Shown here: positions 1 to 12,404 of the stretch, piece after piece | Numbering within the stretch: position 1 is the first letter of the stretch | Layout: each line of letters begins with the position of its first letter | From: Takakia lepidozioides | Taxonomy: Eukaryota > Plantae > Bryophyta | DNA length: 64,000 nucleotides | Reading direction: 5' to 3' | NCBI GenBank assembly: GCA_030704615.1 | Contig: CM060734.1 | Coordinates: 27,032,001 to 27,096,000 of the forward strand | Notes under the pieces: model-generated | The model's database searches: none | Told to the model about the DNA's origin: nothing | Seen by the model: only the letters and a program-made list of their open reading frames with translations | Translations under genes and position numbers: made by a program

Positions 1-3000
1 TTTCAATCTTTGCGAGTGGTTGGACATACCTTGTCACATGCTCCTCTCAAGTATGAAGTCAATCAAAATTGATTGAAAGGGTGAACCCATCGTTCGATGT
101 TCAAATGAATTTGATTGCTTTCAAACATTGCGAGTGTGTTGGACATACCTTGTCAGAGGTACGTGTCGAGTATGAAGTCAATCGAAATTGATTCAAAGGG
201 TGAACCCATCGTTCGATGTTCAAATGAATTTTTGATTGCTTTCAATCTTTGCGAGTGTGTTGGACATACCTTGTCACATGCTCCTCTCAAGTATGAAGTC
301 AATCAAAATTGATTGAAAGGGTGAACCCATCGTTCGATGTTCAAATGATTTTGATTGCTTTCAATCATTGCGAGTGTGTTGGACATACCTTGTCACATGC
401 TCCTCTCAGTATGAAGTCAATCAAAATTGATTGAAAGGGTGAACCCATCGTTCGATGTTCAAATGATTTTGATTGCTTTCAATCTTTGCGAGTGTGTTGG
501 ACATACCTTGTCACAGCTCCTCTCAAGTATGAAGTCAATCAAAATTGATTGAAAGGGTGAACCCATCGTTCGATGTTCAAATGAATTTTTGATGCTTTCA
601 ATTTGCGAGTGTGTTGGACATACCTTGTCACATGTCCTCTCAAGTATGAAGTCAATCAAAATTGATTGAAAGGGTGAACCCATCGTTCGATGTTCAAATG
701 ATTTTTGATGCTTTCAAACATTGCGAGTGTGTTGGACATACCTTGTCACATGCTCTCTCAAGTATGAAGTCAATCAAAATGATTGAAAGGGTGAACCCAT
801 CGTTCGATGTTCAAATGATTTTTGATTGCTTTCAAACATTGCGAGTGTGTTGGACATACCTTGTCACATGCTCCTCTCAAGTATGAAGTCAATCAAAATT
901 GATTGAAAGGGTGAACCCATCGTTCGATGTTCAAATGATTTTGATTGCTTTCAACATTGCGAGTGTGTTGGACATACCTTGTCACAGGTACTGTCAAGTA
1001 TGAAGTCAATCAAAATTGATTGAAAGGGTGAACCCATCGTTCGATGTTCAAATGAATTTGATTGCTTTCAAATCTTTGCGAGTGTGTTGGACATACTTGT
1101 CATGGTACTGTCAAGTATGGAGTCAATCGAAATTGATTGAAAGGGTGAACCCATCGTTCGATGTTCAAATGATTTTTGATTGCTTTCAATCATTGCGAGT
1201 GTGTTGGACATACCTTGTCACATGCTCCTCTCAAGTATGAAGTCAATCAAAATTGATTGAAAGGGTGAACCCATCGTTCGATGTTCAAATGATTTTTGAT
1301 TGCTTTCAATCTTGCGAGTGTGTTGGACATACCTTGTCACATGCTCCTCTCAAGTATGAGTCAATCAAAATTGATTGAAAGGGTGAACCCATCGTTCGAT
1401 GTTCAAATGATTTTGATTGCTTTCAATCTTTGCGAGTGTGTTGGACATACCTTGTCACAGCTCCTCTCAAGTATGAAGTCAATCAAAATTGATTGAAAGG
1501 GTGAACCCATCGTTCGATGTTCAAATGATTTTTGATTGCTTTCAAACATTGCGTGTGTTGGACATACCTTGTCAGAGGTACGTGTCGAGTATCAGGTCAA
1601 TCGAAATTGATTCAAGGGTGAACCCATCGTTCGATGTTCAAATGAATTTTGATTGCTTTCAACTTTGCGAGTGTGTTGGACATACCTTGTCACATGCTCC
1701 TCTCAAGTATGAAGTCAATCAAAATGATTGAAAGGGTGAACCCATCGTTCGATGTTCAAATGATTTTGATTGCTTTCAAACATTGCGAGTGTGTGGACAT
1801 ACCTTGTCAGAGGTACGTGTCGAGTATCAGTCAATCGAAATTGATTCAAAGGGTGAACCCATCGTTCGATGTTCAAATGAATTTTGATTGCTTTCAATCT
1901 TTGCGAGTGTGTTGGACATACCTTGTCACATGCTCCTCTCAAGTATGAAGTCAATCAAAATTGATTGAAAGGGTGAACCCATCGTTCGATGTTCAAATGA
2001 TTTTTGATTGCTTTCAAACATGCGAGTGTGTTGGACATACCTTGTCAGAGGTACGTGTCGAGTATCAAGTCAATCGAAATTGATTCAAAGGGTGAACCCA
2101 TCGTTCGATGTTCAAATGATTTTTGATTGCTTTCAATCTTTGCGAGTGTGTTGGACATACCTTGTCACATGCTCCTCTCAAGTATGAAGTCAATCAAATT
2201 GATTGAAAGGGTGAACCCATCGTTCGATGTTCAAATGATTTGATTGCTTTCAAACATTGCGAGTGTGTTGGACATACCTTGTCAGAGGTACGTGTCGAGT
2301 ATGAGGTCAATCAAAATTGATTCAAAGGGTGAACCCATCGTTCGATGTTCAAATGAATTTTGATTGCTTTCAATCTTTGCGAGTGTGTTGGACATACCTT
2401 GTCACATGCTCCTCTCAAGTATGAAGTCAATCAAATTGATTGAAAGGGTGAACCCATCGTTCGATGTTCAAATGATCTTTGATTGCTTTCAAACATTGCG
2501 AGTGTGTTGGACATACCTTGTCAGAGGTACGTGTCGAGTATCAGGTCAATCGAAATTGATTCAAAGGGTGAACCCATCGTTCGATGTTCAAATGAATTTT
2601 GATTGCTTTCAATCTTTGCGAGTGTGTTGGACATACCTTGTCACATGCTCCTCTCAAGTATGAAGTCAATCAAAATTGATTGAAAGGGTGAACCCATCGT
2701 TCGATGTTCAAATGATTTTTGATTGCTTTCAAACATTGCGAGTGTGTTGGACATACCTTGTCAGAGGTACGTGTCGAGTATCAAGTCAATCAAATTGATT
2801 CAAAGGGTGAACCCATCGTTCGATGTTCAAATGATTTTTGATTGCTTTCAAACATTGCGAGTGTGTTGGACATACCTTGTCACAGCTCCTCTCAAGTATG
2901 AAGTCAATCAAAATTGATTGAAAGGGTGAACCCATCGTTCGATGTTCAAATGATTTTGATTGCTTTCAAACATTGCGAGTGTGTTGGACATACCTTGTCA

Positions 3001-6000
3001 CATGCTCCTCTCAAGTATCAAGTCAATCAAAAGATTGAAAGGGTGAACCCATCGTTCGATGTTCAAATGATTTTTGATTGCTTTCAAACTTTGCGAGTGT
3101 GTTGGACATACCTTGTCACATGCTCCTCTCAAGTATGAAGTCAATCAAAATTGATTGAAAGGGTGAACCCATCGTTCGATGTTCAAATGATTTTGATTGC
3201 TTTCAATCTTTGCGAGTGTGTTGGACATACCTTGTCACATGCTCCTCTCAAGTATGAAGTCAATCAAATTGATTGAAAGGGTGAACCCATCGTTCGATGT
3301 TCAAATGATTTTTGATTGCTTTCAAACATTGCGAGTGTGTGGACATACCTTGTCACATGCTCCTCTCAAGTATGAAGTCAATCAAAATTGATTGAAAGGG
3401 TGAACCCATCGTTCGATGTTCAAATGATTTTTGATTGCTTTAATATTGCGAGTGTGTTGGACATACCTTGTCACATGCTCCTCTCAAGTATGAAGGTCAA
3501 TCGAAATTGATTGAAAGGGTGAACCCATCGTTCGATGTTCAAATGAATTTTTGATTGCTTTCAATCTTTGCGAGTGTGTTGGACATACCTTGTCAAGCTC
3601 CTCTCAAGTATGAAGTCAATCAAAATTGATTGAAAGGGTGAACCCATCGTTCGATGTTCAAATGAATTTTTGATTGCTTTCAATCTTGCGAGTGTGTTGG
3701 ACATACCTTGTCACATGCTCCTGTCAAGTATGAAGTCAATCAAAATTGATTCAAAGGGTGAACCCATCGTTCGATGTTCAAATGAATTTTTGATTGCTTT
3801 CAATCTTTGCGAGTGTGTTGACATACCTTGTCACATGCTCCTCTCAAGTATGAAGTCAATCAAAATTGATTGAAAGGGTGAACCCATCGTTCGATGTTCA
3901 AATGATTTTTGATTGCTTTCAAACATTGCGAGTGTGTTGGACATACCTTGTCAGAGGTACGTGTCGAGTATCACGTCAATCGAAATTGATTCAAAGGGTG
4001 AACCCATCGTTCGATGTTCAAATGAATTTTGATTGCTTTCAATCTTTGCGAGTGTGTTGGACATACCTTGTCACATGCTCCTCTCAAGTATGAAGTCAAT
4101 CAAAATTGATTGAAAGGGTGAACCCATCGTTCGATGTTCAAATGATTTTTGATTGCTTTCAAACATTGCGAGTGTGTTGGACATACCTTGTCAGAGGTAC
4201 GTGTCGAGTATCAAGTCAATCAAATTGATTCAAAGGGTGAACCCATCGTTCGATGTTCAAATGATTTTGATTGCTTTCAATCTTTGCGAGTGTGTTGGAC
4301 ATACCTTGTCACATGCTCCTCTCAAGTATGAAGTCAATCAAAATTGATTGAAAGGGTGAACCCATCGTTCGATGTTCAAATGATTTTTGATTGCTTTCAA
4401 ACATTGCGAGTGTGTTGGACATACCTTGTCAGAGGTACGTGTGAGTATCAGGTCAATCAAAATGATTCAAAGGGTGAACCCATCGTTCGATGTTCAAATG
4501 ATTTTTGATTGCTTTCAATCTTTGCGAGTGTGTTGGACATACCTTGTCACATGCTCCTCTCAAGTATGAAGTCAATCAAAATTGATTGAAAGGGTGAACC
4601 CATCGTTCGATGTTCAAATGATCTTTGATTGCTTTCAAACATTGCGAGTGTGTTGGACATACCTTGTCAGAGGTACGTGTCAAGTATGAAGGTCAATCGA
4701 AATTGATTCAAAGGGTGAACCCATCGTTCGATGTTCAAATGAATTTTTGATTGCTTTCAATCTTTGCGAGTGTGTTGGACATACCTTGTCACATGCTCCT
4801 CTCAAGTATGAAGTCAATCAAAATTGATTGAAAGGGTGAACCCATCGTTCGATGTTCAAATGATTTTGATTGCTTTCAAACATTGCGAGTGTGTTGGACA
4901 TACCTTGTCAGAGGTACGTGTCGAGTATCAGGTCAATCGAAATTGATTCAAAGGGTGAACCCATCGTTCGATGTTCAAATGAATTTTTGATTGCTTTCAA
5001 TCTTTGCGAGTGTGTTGGACATACCTTGTCACATGCTCCTCTCAAGTATGAAGTCAATCAAAATTGATTGAAAGGGTGAACCCATCGTTCGATGTTCAAA
5101 TGATTTGATTGCTTTTCAACATTGCGAGTGTGTTGGACATACCTTGTCAGAGGTACGTGTCGAAGTATCAAGTCAATCAAAATTGATTGAAAGGGTGAAC
5201 CATCGTTCGATGTTCAAATGATTTTTGATTGCTTTCAATCTTTGCGAGTGTTGGACATACCTTGTCACATGCTCCTCTCAAGTATGAAGTCAATCAAAAT
5301 TGATTGAAAGGGTGAACCCATCGTTCGATGTTCAAATGATCTTTGATTGCTTTCAACATTGCGAGTGTGTGGACATACCTTGTCAGATGCTCCTCTCAAG
5401 TATGAAGTCAATCAAAATTGATTGAAAGGGTGAACCCATCGTTCGATGTTCAAATGATTTTTGATTGCTTTCAAACATTGCGAGTGTGTTGGACATACCT
5501 TGTCACATGCTCCTCTCAAGTATGAAGTCAATCAAAATTGATTGAAAGGGTGAACCCATCGTTCGATGTTCAAATGATTTGATTGCTTTCAAACATTGCG
5601 AGTGTGTTGGACATACCTTGTCAGAGGTACGTGTCAAGTATCAGGTCAATCGAAATTGATTCAAAGGGTGAACCCATCGTTCGATGTTCAAATGAATTTT
5701 TGATTGCTTTCAATCTTTGCGAGTGTGTTGGACATACCTTGTCACATGCTCCTCTCAAGTATGAAGTCAATCAAAATTGATTGAAAGGGTGAACCCATCG
5801 TTCGATGTTCAAATGAATTTTGATTGCTTTCAAACATTGCGAGTGTGTGGACATACCTTGTCAGATGCTCCTGTCAAGTATGAAGTCAATCAAAATGATT
5901 GAAAGGGTGAACCCATCGTTCGATGTTCAAATGATTTTGATTGCTTTCAATCTTTGCGAGTGTGTTGGACATACCTTGTCACATGCTCCTCTCAAGTATG

Positions 6001-9000
6001 AAGTCAATCAAAATTGATTGAAAGGGTGAACCCATCGTTCGATGTTCAAATGAATTTTTGATTGCTTTCAACATTGCGAGTGTGTTGGACATACCTTGTC
6101 ACATGCTACTCTCAAGTATGAAGTCAATCAAAATTGATTGAAAGGGTGAACCCATCGTTCGATGTTCAAATGATTTTGATTGCTTTCAATCTTTGCGAGT
6201 GTGTTGGACATACCTTGTCACATACTCCTCTCAAGTATGAAGTCAATCAAAATTGATTGAAAGGGTGAACCCATCGTTCGATGTTCAAATGATTTTGATT
6301 GCTTTCAAACATTGCGAGTGTGTTGGACATACCTTGTCAGAGGTACGTGTCGAGTATCAGGTCAATCGAAATTGATTCAAAGGGTGAACCCATCGTTCGA
6401 TGTTCAAATGAATTTTGATTGCTTTCAATCTTTGCGAGTGTGTTGGATACCTTGTCAATGCTCCTCTCAAGTATGAAGTCAATCAAAATTGATTGAAAGG
6501 GTGAACCCATCGTTCGATGTTCAAATGATTTTTGATTGCTTTCAAACATTGCGAGTGTGTTGGATACCTTGTCAGAGGTACGTGTCTCGAGTATGAAGTC
6601 AATCAAAATTGATTGAAAGGGTGAACCCATCGTTCGATGTTCAAATGAATTTTGATTGCTTTCAATCTTTGCGAGTGTGTTGGACATACCTTGTCACATG
6701 CTCCTCTCAAGTATGAAGTCAATCAAAATGATTGAAAGGGTGAACCCATCGTTCGATGTTCAAATGATTTTTGATTGCTTTCAAACATTGCGAGTGTGTT
6801 GGACATACCTTGTCACATGTACTCTCAAGTATGAAGTCAATCAAAATGATTGAAAGGGTGAACCCATCGTTCGATGTTCAAATGATTTTGATTGCTTTCA
6901 AACTTTGCGAGTGTGTGGACATACCTTGTCACATGCTCCTCTCAAGTATGAAGTCAATCAAAATTGATTGAAAGGGTGAACCCATCGTTCGATGTTCAAA
7001 TGATCTTTGATTGCTTTCAAACATTGCGAGTGTGTTGGACTTACCTTGTCAGAGGTACGTGTCAAGTATGAGGTCAATCGAAATTGATTCAAAGGGTGAA
7101 CCCATCGTTCGATGTTCAAATGAATTTTTGATTGCTTTCAATCTTTGCGAGTGTGTTGGACATACCTTGTCACATGCTCCTCTCAAGTATGAAGTCAATC
7201 AAAATTGATTGAAAGGGTGAACCCATCGTTCGATGTTCAAATGATTTTTGATTGCTTTCAAACATTGCGAGTGTGTTGGACATACCTTGTCAGAGGTACG
7301 TGTCGAGTATCAGGTCAATCGAAATTGATTCAAAGGGTGAACCCATCGTTCGATGTTCAAATGATTTTTTTGATTGCTTTCAATCTTTGCGAGTGTGTTG
7401 GACATACCTTGTCACATGCTCCTCTCAAGTATGAAGTCAATCAAAATTGATTGAAAGGGTGAACCCATCGTTCGATGTTCAAATGATTTTGATTGCTTTC
7501 AACATTGCGAGTGTGTTGGACATACCTTGTCAGAGGTACGTGTCGAGTATCAGGTCAATCGAAATTGATTCAAAGGGTGAACCCATCGTTCGATGTTCAA
7601 ATGAATTTTTGATTGCTTTCAATCTTTGCGAGTGTGTTGGACATACCTTGTCACATGCTCCTCTCAAGTATGAAGTCAATCAAAATTGATTGAAAGGGTG
7701 AACCCATGTTCGATGTTCAAATGATCTTTGATTGCTTTCAAACATTGCGAGTGTGTTGGACATACCTTGTCACATGCTCCTCTCAAGTATGAAGTCAATC
7801 AAAATGATTGAAAGGGTGAACCCATCGTTCGATGTTCAAATGATTTTTGATTGCTTTCAAACATTGCGAGTGTGTTGGACATACCTTGTCACATGCTCCT
7901 CTCAAGTATGAAGTCAATCAAAATTGATTGAAAGGGTGACCCATCGTTCGATGTTCAAATGATCTTTGATTGCTTTCAAACATTGCGAGTGTGTTGGACA
8001 TACCTTGTCAGAGGTACGTGTCAAGTAACAGGTCAATCGAAAATGATTCAAAGGGTGAACCCATCGTTCGATGTTCAAATGAATTTTTGATTGCTTTCAA
8101 TCTTTGCGAGTGTGTTGGACATACCTTGTCACATGCTCCTCTCAAGTATGAAGTCAATCAAAATTGATTGAAGGGTGAACCCATCGTTCGATGTTCAAAT
8201 GATCTTTGATTGCTTTCAATCTTGCGAGTGTGTTGGACATACCTTGTCAGAGGTACGTGTCAAGTATCAGGTCAATCGAAATTGATTCAAAGGGTGAACC
8301 CATCGTTCGATGTTCAAATGAATTTTTGATTGCTTTCAATCTTTGCGAGTGTGTTGAACATACCTTGTCACATGCTCCTCTCAAGTATGAAGTCAATCAA
8401 AATTGATTGAAAGGGTGAACCCATCGTTCGATGTTCAAATGATTTTGATTGCTTTCAAACATTGCGAGTGTGTTGGACATACCTTGTCAGAGGTACGTGT
8501 CGAGTATCACGTCAATCGAAATTGATTAAAGGGTGAACCCATCGTTCGATGTTCAAATGAATTTTGATTGCTTTCAATCTTTGCGAGTGTGTTGGACATA
8601 CCTTGTCACATGCTCCTCTCAAGTATGAAGTCAATCAAAATTGATTGAAAGGGTGAACCCATCGTTCGATGTTCAAATGATTTTTGATTGCTTTCAAACA
8701 TTGCGAGTGTGTTGGACATACCTTGTCAGAGGTACGTGTCGAGTATCATGTCAATCGAAATTGATTCAAAGGGTGAACCCATCGTTCGATGTTCAAATGA
8801 ATTTTTGATTGCTTTCAATCTTTGCGAGTGTGTTGGACATACCTTGTCACATGCTCCTCTCAAGTATGAAGTCAATCAAAATTGATTGAAAGGGTGAACC
8901 CATCGTTCGATGTTCAAATGATTTTTGATTGCTTTCAAACATTGCGAGTGTGTTGGACATACCTTGTCACATGCTCCTCTGAGTATGAAGTCAATCAAAA

Positions 9001-10612
9001 TGATTGAAAGGGTGAACCCATCGTTCGATGTTCAAATGATTTTGATTGCTTTCAAAATTGGCGAGTGTGTTGGACATACCTTGTCACATGCTCCTCTCAA
9101 GTATGAAGTCAATCAAATTGATTGAAAGGGTGAACCCATCGTTCGATGTTCAAATGATCTTTGATTGCTTTCAAACATTGCGAGTGTGTTGGACATACCT
9201 TGTCAGAGGTACGTGTCAAGTATCAGGTCAATCGAAATTGATTCAAAGGGTGAACCCATCGTTCGATGTTCAAATGAATTTTTGATTGCTTTCAATCTTT
9301 GCGAGTGTGTTGGACATACCTTGTCACATGCTCCTCTCAAGTATGAAGTCAATCAAAATTGATTGAAAGGGTGAACCCATCGTTCGATGTTCAAATGATC
9401 TTTGATTGCTTTCAAACATTGCGAGTGTGTTGGACATACCTTGTCAGAGGTACGTGTCTAGTATGAGGTCAATCGAATGATTCAAAGGGTGAACCCATCG
9501 TTCGATGTTCAAATGAATTTTGATTGCTTTCAATCTTTGCGAGTGTGTTGGACATACCTTGTCACATGCTCCTCTCAAGTATGAAGTCAATCAAAATTGA
9601 TTGAAAGGGTGAACCCATCGTTCGATGTTCAAATGATTTTGATTGCTTTCAAACATTGCGAGTGTGTTGGACATACCTTGTCAGAGGTACGTGTCGAGTA
9701 TCAGGTCAATCGAAATTGATTCAAGGGTGAACCCATCGTTCGATGTTCAAATGAATTTTTGATTGCTTTCAATCTTTGCGAGTGTGTTGGACATACCTTG
9801 TCACATGCTCCTCTCAAGTATGAAGTCAATCAAAATTGATTGAAAGGGTGAACCCATCGTTCGATGTTCAAATGATTTTGATTGCTTTCAAACATTGCGA
9901 GTGTTGGACATACCTGTCAGAGGACCTGTCGAGTATCAAGTCAATCAAAATTGATTCAAAGGGTGAACCCATCGTTCGATGTTCAAATGAATTTTGATTG
10001 CTTTCAATCTTTGCGAGTGTGTTGGACATACCTTGTCACATGCTCCTCTCAAGTATGAAGTCAATCAAAATTGATTGAAAGGGTGAACCCATCGTTCGAT
10101 GTTCAAATGATCTTTGATTGCTTTCAAACATTGCGAGTGTGTTGGACATACCTTGTCACATGCTCCTCTGAAGTATGAAGTCAATCAAATTGATTGAAAG
10201 GGTGAACCCATCGTTCGATGTTCAAATGAATTTTGATTGCTTTCAAACATTGCGAGTGTGTTGGACATACCTTGTCACATGCTCCTCTCAAGTATGAAGT
10301 CAATCAAAATTGATTGAAAGGGTGAACCCATCGTTCGATGTTCAAATGATCTTTGATTGCTTTCAAACATTGCGAGTGTGTTGGACATACCTTGTCAGAG
10401 GTACGTGTCGAGTATCAGGTCAATCGAAATGATTCAAAGGGTGAACCATCGTTCGATGTTCAAATGAATTTTTGATTGCTTTCAATCTTTGCGAGTGTGT
10501 TGGACATACCTTGTCACATGCTCCTCTCAAGTATGAAGTCAATCAAAATTGATTGAAAGGGTGAACCATCGTTCGATGTTCAAATGATCTTTGATTGCTT
10601 TCAAACATTGCG
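1..10612 (+). repeat. Satellite tandem array, ~120-bp monomer, ~89 copies (left contig end)
   Basis: GGGTGAACCCATCGTTCGATGTTCAAATGA recurs every ~119-121 bp without interruption up to the gap. A and B types are mixed, with many scattered 1-bp deletions. Confidence 0.99.
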
Positions 10613-11112
10613 NNNNNNNNNNNNNNNNNNNNNNNNNNNNNNNNNNNNNNNNNNNNNNNNNNNNNNNNNNNNNNNNNNNNNNNNNNNNNNNNNNNNNNNN
10701 NNNNNNNNNNNNNNNNNNNNNNNNNNNNNNNNNNNNNNNNNNNNNNNNNNNNNNNNNNNNNNNNNNNNNNNNNNNNNNNNNNNNNNNNNNNNNNNNNNNN
10801 NNNNNNNNNNNNNNNNNNNNNNNNNNNNNNNNNNNNNNNNNNNNNNNNNNNNNNNNNNNNNNNNNNNNNNNNNNNNNNNNNNNNNNNNNNNNNNNNNNNN
10901 NNNNNNNNNNNNNNNNNNNNNNNNNNNNNNNNNNNNNNNNNNNNNNNNNNNNNNNNNNNNNNNNNNNNNNNNNNNNNNNNNNNNNNNNNNNNNNNNNNNN
11001 NNNNNNNNNNNNNNNNNNNNNNNNNNNNNNNNNNNNNNNNNNNNNNNNNNNNNNNNNNNNNNNNNNNNNNNNNNNNNNNNNNNNNNNNNNNNNNNNNNNN
11101 NNNNNNNNNNNN
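10613..11112. other. Assembly/scaffolding gap (500 N)
   Basis: Exactly 500 N. A round size like this is typical of a placeholder gap of unknown true length. Confidence 0.99.
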
Positions 11113-12404
11113 GAGCATGTGACAAGGTATGTTCAACACACTCGCAAAAATTGAAAGCTAATCAAAAATTCATTTGAACATCGAACGACGGGTTCACCCT
11201 TTGAATCAATTTCGATTGACCTGATACTCCACACGTACCTCTGACAAGGTATGTCCAACACACTCCCAATGTTTGAAAGCAATCAAAAATCATTTGAACA
11301 TCCAAACGATGGGTTCACCCTTCAATCCATTTTAATTGACTTCATACTTGAGAGGAGCATGTGACAAGGTATGTCCAACAAACTCGCAAAGATTGAAAGC
11401 AATTAAAAATTCATTTGAACATCGAACGATGGGTTCACCCTTTGAATCAATATCGATTGACGTGATACTCGACATGTACCTTTGACAAGGTATGTCCAAC
11501 ACACTCGCAAAGATTGAAAGCAATCAAAAATCATTTGAACATCGAACGATGGGTTCACCCTTTCATCAATTTGATTGACTTCATACTTGACAGGAGCATC
11601 TGACAAGGTATGTCCAACACACTCCCAAGTTTGAAAGCAATCAAAATCATTTCAACATCGAACGATGGGTTCACCCTTTGAATCATTTCGATTGACTTCA
11701 TACTCGACACGTAGCATCTGGCAAGGTAAGTCCAACACACTCGCAATGTTTGAAAGCAATCAAAAATTCATTTGAACATCGAACGATGGGTTCACCGTTT
11801 GAATCCATTTCGATTGACGTGATACTCGACACGTACCTCTTACAAGGTATGTCCAACACACTCGGAATGTTTGAAAGCAATCAAAAATCATTTGAACATC
11901 GAATGATGGGTTCACCCTTTCAATCAATTTTGATTGACATCATACTTGAGAGGAGCATGTGACAAGGTATGTCCAACACACTCCCAAAGATTAAAAGCAA
12001 TCAAAAATTCATTTGAACATCGAACGATGGGTTCACCCTTTGAATCCATTTCGATTGACATGATACTCGACACGTACCTCTGACAAGGTAAGTCCAACAC
12101 ACTCGCCATGTTTGAAAGCAATCAAAGATCATTTGAACATCGAACGATGGGTTCACCCTTTCAATCAATTTTGATTGACTTCATACTTGAGAGGAGCATG
12201 TGACAATGTATGTCCAACACACTCGCCTTGATTGAAAGCAATCAAAAATTCATTTGAACATCCAACGATGGGTTCACCCTTCGAAACAATTTCGATTGAC
12301 GTGATACTCGACACGTACTTCTGACAAGGTATGTTCAACACACTCGCAATGTTTGAAAGCAATCCAAAATCATTTGAACATCGAACGATGAGTTCACCCT
12401 TTGA
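11113..12404 (-). repeat. Inverted block of the same satellite, ~11 diverged monomers
   Basis: Reverse complement of the monomer (CATTTGAACATCGAACGATGGGTTCACCC) recurs every ~120 bp, with many private substitutions. Confidence 0.98.

Noticed and set aside
10613-11112. Second inversion breakpoint inside the gap
   Set aside because: Contig orientation across a placeholder gap in satellite DNA cannot be trusted, and no junction sequence is visible.
10543-11177. 174-198 aa ORFs
   Set aside because: They consist almost entirely of X from the N gap.
11180-11195. CENP-B box-like TCGAACGACGGG
   Set aside because: Spacing does not fit TTCGNNNNANNCGGG, and it arises from a single private substitution.
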